From positions 1 to 40,876 of the IMG/VR virus record IMGVR_UViG_3300043174_000025: a DNA stretch of 40,876 bases. One strand, written 5' to 3'. Positions within the stretch are counted from its first letter, which is position 1. Every line of letters starts with the position of its first letter. The translations under genes were made by a program, and so were the position numbers. Origin of the DNA: a virus. Its lineage: Duplodnaviria > Caudoviricetes. Positions 1-6,224 of this stretch are shown one piece after another. Below the pieces are notes generated by a model. That model did no database searches, was not told the origin of the DNA, and saw only the letters and a program-made list of their open reading frames with translations.

Positions 1-2
1 AT

Positions 3-173
3 GACATCAAAAACCGCGCTGCAGAGCCGATCGATCTGATCGATGAGATCAACAGCGACCGCGTCAGCGACCTCGGTAACGAGCGTGGACGCCTTAAGGC
101 TCTCGCCAAGACGGCAATCGAGGAGGGGGCGATGTGGGCCGTCAAGGCATTCACGAAGGGGCCTCGCGAATGA
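3..173 (+). CDS. 5'-truncated Acb2/Tad1-like hairpin protein (candidate cyclic-nucleotide sponge)
   Basis: Own translation of frame 3 (not in ORF track): DIKNRAAEPIDLIDEINSDRVSDLGNERGRLKALAKTAIEEGAMWAVKAFTKGPRE*; C-terminal R-x2-ALAKT-x-IEE-x2-MWAVKA resembles the Acb2/Tad1 hairpin motif. Confidence 0.6.
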   Translation, partial: DIKNRAAEPIDLIDEINSDRVSDLGNERGRLKALAKTAIEEGAMWAVKAFTKGPRE

Positions 174-335
174 TGAGCGAGAGAGAGCCGGTGCGGATGG
201 GATTATGGCGGGCGTACAGAGAGCATTCTTGAGACGCTCGTTAAAGCTGGCATGGTAGAGCGTCATCCTGATTACCCAGCTGGAGGTTACCAGCTGACTG
301 AGGAGGGGTGGAATGAGGCGCGCAGCAAAGCGTGA
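170..335 (+). pseudogene. Small wHTH-like gene apparently frameshifted in a (GA)n run
   Basis: ATGATG overlaps the upstream stop; protein-like frame RCGWDYGGRTESILETLVKAGMVERHPDYPAGGYQLTEEGWNEARSKA* lacks its own N-terminal start; one extra GA at 179-187 joins them. Confidence 0.35.
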
Positions 336-606
336 TGCGGTCGAGGACGAGCTGGTGCTGGCGTTGCGCCAGTGCGGATGCGACGTCTTCCTCACCTCCG
401 TCCCCTTCGACGCCATTGTTGGCTACCGGGGTGTGAACCATCTCGTCGAGTTCAAGAGCGGCAAGGCTGGCCGCTACACCGAAGCGCAGAAGCGCTTCAT
501 GGAAAGCTGGCGTGGAGCCAAGGTGATCACGCTGAGATCAACGGAGGATGCAATCAAATGGGTGACCTCTCTCGCCGGCCGGTCATCGGCGACTACCACG
601 TCGTGA
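313..606 (+). CDS. VRR-NUC-like PD-(D/E)XK nuclease / Holliday junction resolvase
   Basis: Motifs PFDAIVG...LVEFKS...TEAQKRF..W; strong SD GAGGAGG. Confidence 0.8.
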   Translation: MRRAAKRDAVEDELVLALRQCGCDVFLTSVPFDAIVGYRGVNHLVEFKSGKAGRYTEAQKRFMESWRGAKVITLRSTEDAIKWVTSLAGRSSATTTS

Positions 607-836
607 CGCAGTACGGTATCCGCCTGCTGAAGGAGCTTCCTGAGCACCGCGCCAGCATCATCGCCTACTCGGCGAGGCGTCTAAACGGAGAGCCTGACCT
701 CCGCACCAAGAGCGGCAAGGCGGCCGCAAGGCAGGTGGCTATCATCGAGCGGGCATTGCGCCTGCGCCTGTGGAAAACTCGCCCGAATACGGGCAGGCTG
801 AAGATGCTGCTTGAAATGGCAACGGATGGCGGCTAA
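558..836 (+). CDS. Hypothetical basic protein
   Basis: ATG 558 with GGAGG at 543-547; C-terminal part of ORF 372..836. Confidence 0.55.
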   Translation: MGDLSRRPVIGDYHVVTQYGIRLLKELPEHRASIIAYSARRLNGEPDLRTKSGKAAARQVAIIERALRLRLWKTRPNTGRLKMLLEMATDGG

Positions 837-859
837 TCAACAATCGTTGTCCGAGGTCT

Positions 860-944
860 AGCGCAGGTTGGCTTGTCTCCGTTGGTTGGTCCGCGCTTGC
901 AGCAACAAAAAACCCCCGGTAGCCGCGACTGCCGGGGGTTTTTT
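860..944 (+). ncRNA. Candidate anti-Shine-Dalgarno small RNA (hairpin with UCUCCGUUG loop plus terminator)
   Basis: AGCGC...GCGCT stem with G.U-rich upper part, loop TTGTCTCCGTTG, then an intrinsic terminator; loop complementary to several phage RBSs. Confidence 0.4.
907..944. terminator. Bidirectional Rho-independent terminator
   Basis: A6-CCCCCGGTAG-ccgcga-CTGCCGGGGG-T6 between convergent transcription units. Confidence 0.9.
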
Positions 945-1129
945 CAGTCCCTCTCCATGCCGAGCCGCTTGCGCTCCTCGGTGACGAAGGCTTCCCACCA
1001 TTCGTCGGTCCTGTCGTCAAGGATGCGCTCAGCCTGCTTCAGGCCGTCGACCCTGCCGATCCAGTACATGAGCAAGAGGCTCGCGCACCATACGGCCGCC
1101 CAGATTGCGATTGCGATGAAGGTCATCAT
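944..1129 (-). CDS. Small membrane protein (single N-terminal TM helix)
   Basis: MMTFIAIAIWAAVWCASLLLMYWIGR...; ATGA overlap with upstream stop. Confidence 0.65.
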   Translation of the reverse strand: MMTFIAIAIWAAVWCASLLLMYWIGRVDGLKQAERILDDRTDEWWEAFVTEERKRLGMERD

Positions 1130-1304
1130 TCCGATCCCTTGAAAGTTTGCTTCGGGGTTACGATCTGGCACTGCTCCACCCGGATCACCTCCGGGTGGGT
1201 ATTGCGGTAGGCCTCGACCGAGGCGCGCGAGAAGTTGACCTTTGCGTAGACCTCGTCTCCATTCGGGAGGCGGATGACCGCCCCCAGATGATCTGCCTGC
1301 CCAT
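1126..1304 (-). pseudogene. Small early gene interrupted by a 1-nt frameshift in a G5 run
   Basis: ATG (TGATG overlap, good SD) MGRQIIWG then shifts to AVIRLPNGDEVYAKVNFSRASVEAYRNTHPEVIRVEQCQIVTPKQTFKGSE*, whose stop overlaps the next ATG. Confidence 0.6.
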
Positions 1305-1756
1305 CACTCCTCGCCCTCCTCCATCAGGGGGTTGAAGTCGTCGAGCGGGCCGTCGAAGATGGTGGTCTTCACGTCGGCGTAGCCATGCTCGACCATCAGG
1401 TGGAAGCTGTCCTCCTTCTGGTTCGGATAGAGGTGGTAGGTGTACTCCTCGCCCTCGTTGCTGGCTCCGGCTCCGGTGATGTAGAGGTCGCCGCAGCGGA
1501 TCGGCGTCCCGCCTTGGTTTCTTTCGATATAGTAGGCTCCAATCAGTATGACCGCGGCATTGGTCATGCCGTTGACGTCAATCTGAGCATCGCTGTAGCC
1601 GTTGGTCAGCCTGCGGCCCTTGAAGGTCTCGCTGATCAGTGCGCCATGGCCAGACAGGTAGCCGTCATACTGGCGGTAAAGGGTGAGGAGCGGGGTGCTG
1701 GCAGCTCCAGCCTCGCGGGGCTTCTCGTAGAAGTGTGTGAGTGAGCGTGTGCCCAT
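1304..1756 (-). CDS. Conserved phage early hypothetical protein (MGTRSLT...YRQYDGY..GHG family)
   Basis: Recognisable N-terminal motif; SD GGAG-AACTGAC-ATG. Confidence 0.8.
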   Translation of the reverse strand: MGTRSLTHFYEKPREAGAASTPLLTLYRQYDGYLSGHGALISETFKGRRLTNGYSDAQIDVNGMTNAAVILIGAYYIERNQGGTPIRCGDLYITGAGASNEGEEYTYHLYPNQKEDSFHLMVEHGYADVKTTIFDGPLDDFNPLMEEGEE

Positions 1757-1782
1757 GTCAGTTCTCCACTTGTGAGAGGGGT

Positions 1783-1816
1783 GACACCGTATCACCCAGA
1801 AGGGTAATACGGTGTC
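1783..1816 (-). promoter_or_regulatory. 15-bp intergenic stem-loop (possible RNA processing/stabilising site)
   Basis: GACACCGTATTACCC-TTCT-GGGTGATACGGTGTC on minus strand with one G.U pair; no U-tract. Confidence 0.6.
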
Positions 1817-1823
1817 GATGTTG

Positions 1824-2933
1824 TCAGGCTGCGACCTTCGACCAGAAGGAGCCGGCCAGCGTCTCGATCTCGGCGCGATCCTCGACCGCATGGATCGAGC
1901 GGGCAGCTGCCGTCAGGCCCTGCGCCATGTCCCAGACGGTGCGGGCATAGGTGCCCTCCTCCTGCTCGATACGCTCCAGTACGCTGCGCGCCATTGGTGC
2001 GGAGACGCCGCGATTGCGGAGCCACTCGACCGCCTGCTCGTCGTTGTGGGCGACGCGCGCCGCCTTCACCTTCTCGACCTGCTGGACGAGGTGCGACGCA
2101 TCCTCATTTAGGTAGGCCTCGATGGCTGGCTGCACCTCACGCGACCAGCGGTAGGGTGCGTTTTTCGAGTGCCGGATCGCTACCGCTCCGACTTCCTTCT
2201 TGCCGAAGATCATGCCGTTCAGGCAGTAGCTGCGGAAAAGGAAGCTCTCCATTTTCAGGCTGGAGTATCCCAACTCGCTGTTGGAGATGCGCAGGCCGCG
2301 GTAGAGGATGTCATCGCCGCCGTTCCAAGTCTTCCCGACCACCACCGGGCGCTCCCGATCGATCAGGAACATCTGCAGGCTCCGGTCGGTGGCCTGCAGG
2401 CCCATGTGCGCCTCGGCCGGCACCCAGCGCCCGCTGTCGAGCACCGTCGCCACCGCGCCGACGACGTCGGCATCGGATACGCGGCCGTAGGTCGGGCCCG
2501 TCACCGCCCGCAGGTTGGAGCGGTCGCCGTAGGTCATCACCTTCTCGACGTCGCGGTTGAAGCGCATCGAGTAGTTGAGGGCGTCCGCCACCAGCGGTGC
2601 CGGCAGGGTGCGCAGGTATCCAGCCGGAGACTTGGCAAGGCTCACCGCCTGCCCGAAGGCCCAGTGGCTCATGCCGACGACGCGATCGCCGACCTTGACC
2701 AGCAGCGCATTCATGTCATCCTTCGTGCGGATGTCGCGGGGGTCCATCGCCTTAAACTCGATCTGGCGATTGTCGATGACCTCCGAGTATGCCGACTGGC
2801 TGCGGGCATCGAGGGCCTTGCGCAGCTCAATCATGCTGGCGTAGCGCTCGCCCTCCCGGCGCTGGAGCCAGCCCAGCTGGTCGCGGCGCAGTTCATCGTG
2901 GGATATGGCATTGGCAGAGATGAAGGCGTTCAT
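1824..2933 (-). CDS. DUF932-family protein
   Basis: Motifs HWAFGQ, PAGYLRTLPAPL, LRAVTGPTYGR, RGLRISNSELG, RSYCLNGMIFG, IRHSK match the DUF932 proteins of alphaproteobacterial plasmids/ICEs. Confidence 0.85.
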   Translation of the reverse strand: MNAFISANAISHDELRRDQLGWLQRREGERYASMIELRKALDARSQSAYSEVIDNRQIEFKAMDPRDIRTKDDMNALLVKVGDRVVGMSHWAFGQAVSLAKSPAGYLRTLPAPLVADALNYSMRFNRDVEKVMTYGDRSNLRAVTGPTYGRVSDADVVGAVATVLDSGRWVPAEAHMGLQATDRSLQMFLIDRERPVVVGKTWNGGDDILYRGLRISNSELGYSSLKMESFLFRSYCLNGMIFGKKEVGAVAIRHSKNAPYRWSREVQPAIEAYLNEDASHLVQQVEKVKAARVAHNDEQAVEWLRNRGVSAPMARSVLERIEQEEGTYARTVWDMAQGLTAAARSIHAVEDRAEIETLAGSFWSKVAA

Positions 2934-2963
2934 GTCAGTTCTCCGTGGTTGGGTTTAGATGGA

Positions 2964-3041
2964 TCATGAGCGATCCGTGGAGGGGCGTGTATTGGAAATG
3001 GTTTGATTTCCAGCACACGCCCATCGGCGCATGGCTCATGA
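2964..3041. promoter_or_regulatory. Long imperfect intergenic hairpin, copy 1
   Basis: TCATGAGC...TGGAG-GGGCGTGT..TGGAAAT/ATTTCCA..ACACGCCC-ATCGG...GCTCATGA. Confidence 0.65.
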
Positions 3042-3236
3042 GAGGATGGAGCCCTCTTCGAGGTTGCCCTCGATCAGGGCGACGTCGGGAGCGGCCATCG
3101 TGTTGAAGATGCTGTTCTCCTCGTCCAGTGTGATGCGGCTGCCGGGCAGCCACACCTTGATTTCGTGCTTCCCGTGAGTATCAGCTCGGCCCATCTTGTA
3201 AATTTTGAGCTTCTCGATCAGCTGGTCGACGGTCAT
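3036..3236 (-). CDS. Hypothetical early protein (66 aa)
   Basis: MTVDQLIEKL-type start; SD CAACGGAGACTGAC-ATG. Confidence 0.75.
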   Translation of the reverse strand: MTVDQLIEKLKIYKMGRADTHGKHEIKVWLPGSRITLDEENSIFNTMAAPDVALIEGNLEEGSILS

Positions 3237-3237
3237 G

Positions 3238-3468
3238 TCAGTCTCCGTTGGCTTGGGTGCAAAGGCCGCTGTCGATCATGATCTGGCAGGTGCTGCCCAC
3301 TCTACCTTGCAGTGTCCATGCCATTCCGTTGTCGATCAGGAGCTGGCAGGCTTCGATGATATTCTCCTCGCTCGGTTCGTATCTGGTCAGCTCCCAAAAT
3401 CCGTTGAGGATCATTGCGGCCTCGAAGCTGGTCATCGCACCTCTGCCGATAGATTCTGGATATTTCAT
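3238..3468 (-). CDS. Conserved small phage protein (Q.LID.G.AWTLQG..G motif)
   Basis: Motif QLLIDNGMAWTLQGRVG; SD AAAGGAG. Confidence 0.8.
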   Translation of the reverse strand: MKYPESIGRGAMTSFEAAMILNGFWELTRYEPSEENIIEACQLLIDNGMAWTLQGRVGSTCQIMIDSGLCTQANGD

Positions 3469-3485
3469 GGTGTCTCTCCTTTGGT

Positions 3486-3537
3486 TGGCATTCCATGGAG
3501 GGGGCGGGATTGCTCGCGCCCCATCGGTGGAGTGTCA
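3486..3537. promoter_or_regulatory. Long imperfect hairpin in early leader, copy 2
   Basis: TGGCATTCCA-TGGAG-GGGGCG...CGCCCC-ATCGG-TGGAGTGTCA; same TGGAG/ATCGG core as 2964-3041. Confidence 0.6.
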
Positions 3538-3551
3538 GTGGAGAGGGGTTA

Positions 3552-3566
3552 ACGATGTCAAAGAAC
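3552..3566 (-). promoter_or_regulatory. boxA-like antitermination element
   Basis: GTTCTTTGACATCGT in the leader about 45 nt downstream of the promoter, preceded by small GC hairpins. Confidence 0.6.
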
Positions 3567-3615
3567 CCGGTCGCATCGCCCTGCGGGCCGTCCCGGCATC
3601 GCTGCCGGTCCACCA

Positions 3616-3644
3616 GCTATAGTGGACGCCGTGTCCACATGCAA
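3616..3644 (-). promoter_or_regulatory. Leftward sigma70-type promoter with palindromic operator as spacer
   Basis: TTGCAT-GTGGACACGGCGTCCAC(17 nt)-TATAGC; AT-rich UP-like tract upstream (3645-3670). Confidence 0.8.
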
Positions 3645-3714
3645 GTTAATTTTCTGGAATTTTATGTGTTGGTCGGAAAGTCGAGGACGGAAAATCCGGA
3701 ATTACCGGCTAGGC

Positions 3715-3750
3715 AAAAAAATACCCAGGCCAGTTGCCCAGCCGGGGTGC
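3715..3750 (-). terminator. Rho-independent terminator
   Basis: GC stem with GCAA loop followed by T7 on the minus strand, downstream of 3780..4073. Confidence 0.75.
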
Positions 3751-3779
3751 GTGAGACAGGTGCGTCCACCCATCCGTGT

Positions 3780-4073
3780 TCAATGCTTGGTGTTGTCGCC
3801 GCTCCCTACCGTCCGCATCTCCGTCACCGCCGCGTTCATGTTATCCACCACCTGCGCGGCGGCGTAGGTTATGATGAACTTGAACAGCAGATCGTCGCCG
3901 ATGTTGTGGCTCATCACCACCTTGATCGGCGGATCGTCATCCTTGGTCGGGTCGCCCGGCTTGGCGAAGATCGCAATGAGGCGGTACTGGCCGCTCTCAT
4001 ACGCCACCTCGATCATCTGGCTCATGAGCACGTTGAACTCCGCGTGGTTGATCGGGTTCAGCTCGTCAGACAT
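3780..4073 (-). CDS. Hypothetical protein
   Basis: 97-aa ORF, SD GAGGAGG, coupled to upstream gene. Confidence 0.75.
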   Translation of the reverse strand: MSDELNPINHAEFNVLMSQMIEVAYESGQYRLIAIFAKPGDPTKDDDPPIKVVMSHNIGDDLLFKFIITYAAAQVVDNMNAAVTEMRTVGSGDNTKH

Positions 4074-4362
4074 TGGTTGCCTCCTCAGGCTGGTAGGTTA
4101 CGATGGAAATGCTGTAGGCGGTGAGCGGGCGATCTGGCTGCCCGTCGGCGCGGGTGCCGATGGCGGTGCACCAGCATTCCATCAGCTCCGCCATGTTGTC
4201 GAAGCGGCGCGCCTGATCCTTGCTCTCCGTGAAGCAGATCATCGGCAGTCCCTTCTCAAGGTTTTCCGGCCGGAACCATTCGAGGTAGATGCCCTCATCA
4301 TCCGGGCTTGGCGACAGCATCTTGCCGATGCCCTCGATCTTCATGGCGAATTTCATGTGCAT
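4066..4362 (-). CDS. Hypothetical protein (W...R.DG.P.RPLTA motif)
   Basis: Start 4362 or 4356 after CAACGGAG; directly downstream of promoter 4415-4443. Confidence 0.75.
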   Translation of the reverse strand: MHMKFAMKIEGIGKMLSPSPDDEGIYLEWFRPENLEKGLPMICFTESKDQARRFDNMAELMECWCTAIGTRADGQPDRPLTAYSISIVTYQPEEATNV

Positions 4363-4414
4363 ATCTCCGTTGCTTCGCTTTTCTTGTGGTGGCAAATCAC
4401 TTACCGTCACGGTC

Positions 4415-4443
4415 ATAATACAGGACAGTTTGTCCACATGCAA
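4415..4443 (-). promoter_or_regulatory. Leftward promoter with operator in spacer
   Basis: TTGCAT-GTGGACAAACTGTCCTG(17 nt)-TATTAT; 13-mer TTGCATGTGGACA identical to the 3616-3644 promoter. Confidence 0.8.
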
Positions 4444-4605
4444 CGGAAGCTGCAGCACATTGATCTGGTAAAAGAGCTGGAGCGCATGCAGACGCATCGG
4501 TCGCCGTTTGTCGATCTCAATGCCGTTCGGCTGATGCTGCGAGCTGCGGCGGTCATCCGCGAGCTGGGCGGCCAGAATGAGGCTCGGATGGATGGAGAGG
4601 TCTGA
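4438..4605 (+). CDS. Hypothetical protein (55 aa)
   Basis: MQRKLQHIDLVKELERM...LMLRAAAVIREL; possible promoter TGGCAA-N18-CATAAT at 4390-4419. Confidence 0.5.
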   Translation: MQRKLQHIDLVKELERMQTHRSPFVDLNAVRLMLRAAAVIRELGGQNEARMDGEV

Positions 4606-4894
4606 CGCCGAGTTTCTGGAATTGTGTGCCGACTGGGCGGAGCTGCGCCGTCTGGAGGTGCTCTGCTCTCGAACGCAGATGGGGACGTGGCAGGCGACGG
4701 TGATGATCCGGGACAGCTCCGGCATCTTCTTCACAGCCCCGGTTCTGGCGGCGCATGACAGGCGCAAGGGCGACACCGTCGAGGACCGGAGGGGCAGGGT
4801 CTACGGCAGCCTCTCCAGGGCTGTGGCGGCAGCGCGCTCGCGGCGCGTCGAGATGATTACGGGCTGCAAGCCGGCGGCGGCGAAGCAGCGATAA
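4577..4894 (+). CDS. Hypothetical protein
   Basis: 105-aa ORF in a run of overlapping rightward genes. Confidence 0.6.
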   Translation: MRLGWMERSDAEFLELCADWAELRRLEVLCSRTQMGTWQATVMIRDSSGIFFTAPVLAAHDRRKGDTVEDRRGRVYGSLSRAVAAARSRRVEMITGCKPAAAKQR

Positions 4895-5367
4895 TGGAGA
4901 GCAGGATGAAGATGAAGACCAACAGAAGGCGATTTCTCGGCTTCATGGCGGCTGCGCCGGTCGCGGCTCCGGCCATAGCCAAGGCGACAGTCGAGCAGGA
5001 TGCGTTCCAGTTCTCCGGCCTGAAGGCTGGCCGCCACGCTGGATTTCTGAGTGCGGGGAGCCCCTCTCCTGACTTTGGGATCATGAACGGGATTGATCCT
5101 CTCACCGAGGCGGCGAAGTACATCGGCAAGCACGGCATCCCCGACTTCAAGCTGCAGGAGATACGCGAGGAGGCTCTCCGTGTAATCGTCATTGATCCGC
5201 AGATCATCGCCCTTCGCTCTGTCTCCTTTGGCCACAAGGTGAACATGCAGCAGCGGCTGAATTACGAGCATCAGGTCAGGCGGCTGACGCATTGGCTCAG
5301 CTCGGCAGGGCAGGCTCGCCGCACGGCGCGCGAGGCATTCTACAAGCTGACGGGTTGGCACCTGTAA
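4894..5367 (+). CDS. Protein with twin-arginine (Tat)-like signal peptide
   Basis: TNRRRFLGFMAAAPVAAPAIAKA; true start may be 4906 or 4912. Confidence 0.7.
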   Translation: MESRMKMKTNRRRFLGFMAAAPVAAPAIAKATVEQDAFQFSGLKAGRHAGFLSAGSPSPDFGIMNGIDPLTEAAKYIGKHGIPDFKLQEIREEALRVIVIDPQIIALRSVSFGHKVNMQQRLNYEHQVRRLTHWLSSAGQARRTAREAFYKLTGWHL

Positions 5368-5379
5368 ACGGAGGCAGAC

Positions 5380-5589
5380 ATGACACAGAACGAGATGATC
5401 CTCGAACACCTCAGGGGCGGCAAGAGCATCACCCCGCTCGAAGCACTCGACAAGTTCGGCTCCTTCCGCCTCGGCGCTCGCATCTACGATCTGCGCCAGA
5501 GCGGGCACGTCATCTCCACCACCTACATCGACGCCGGCGAGCGGCGCAGGGTCGCCCGCTACACGCTGCTGCGGGAGGCGCACAAATGA
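5380..5589 (+). CDS. Winged helix-turn-helix DNA-binding protein (HTH_39-like)
   Basis: ILEHLRGGKSITPLEALDKFGSFRLGARIYDLRQSGHVI. Confidence 0.85.
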   Translation: MTQNEMILEHLRGGKSITPLEALDKFGSFRLGARIYDLRQSGHVISTTYIDAGERRRVARYTLLREAHK

Positions 5590-5750
5590 ACGATACCGAG
5601 GCCAAGAACGTGGCAGAGTATCGCGACCTCGCCGGCGCGTTCAAGTGCTCCATCCTCAACCTGCTGAAGAGGGATGATCTCATCACCATGAAGCACTCCG
5701 ACATCCAGACCGGAGATAGTGCTGGCGGTGCAGGGGGAGCTGAGGGATAA
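5586..5750 (+). CDS. Hypothetical protein
   Basis: ATGA overlap with HTH gene, SD GGAGG; MNDTEAKNVAEYRDL... Confidence 0.45.
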   Translation: MNDTEAKNVAEYRDLAGAFKCSILNLLKRDDLITMKHSDIQTGDSAGGAGGAEG

Positions 5751-5792
5751 TCCTCGCCATTCGACAACCTCCATCCCATTGATCGGACTGTC

Positions 5793-6224
5793 ATGGCGAA
5801 TAAAATAGACAACCTCACGAACAAGGGCAGGGGACGCCCAGCCGGAGCTGAGAACAAGACCTCCTCGATCCTCAAGCGGGCGATGCTCCTCGCCTCAGAG
5901 CACGCAGGCCACAAGGTGGCAATGAAGCGGGAGCTGGAGCGCATCGACAAGCTGAGCCAGCGGATGCGCGATGAGGGCTACCAGCCGACCGAGAAGGAGC
6001 TGGAGGTCAGGCCGGAGCTGATCGAGAACAGCGGCCTGATCACCTATCTGGTCGACGTCGCCGTCCACAGCCCCTCATCCTTCGCCAACCTCCTGAGTAA
6101 GGTGATCACCGTGCAGCAGCAGGACGAGGAGCGCGGCGTAGCCCCCGGTGGCGGCATCCGCGAGATCACCATCGAGATCGGCTACATCCCGCCGCAGTAC
6201 GAGGCCGTAGAATATGTTGGATGA
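5793..6224 (+). CDS. Putative terminase small subunit
   Basis: GRGRPAGAENKT motif; immediately upstream of and overlapping terL. Confidence 0.65.
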   Translation: MANKIDNLTNKGRGRPAGAENKTSSILKRAMLLASEHAGHKVAMKRELERIDKLSQRMRDEGYQPTEKELEVRPELIENSGLITYLVDVAVHSPSSFANLLSKVITVQQQDEERGVAPGGGIREITIEIGYIPPQYEAVEYVG

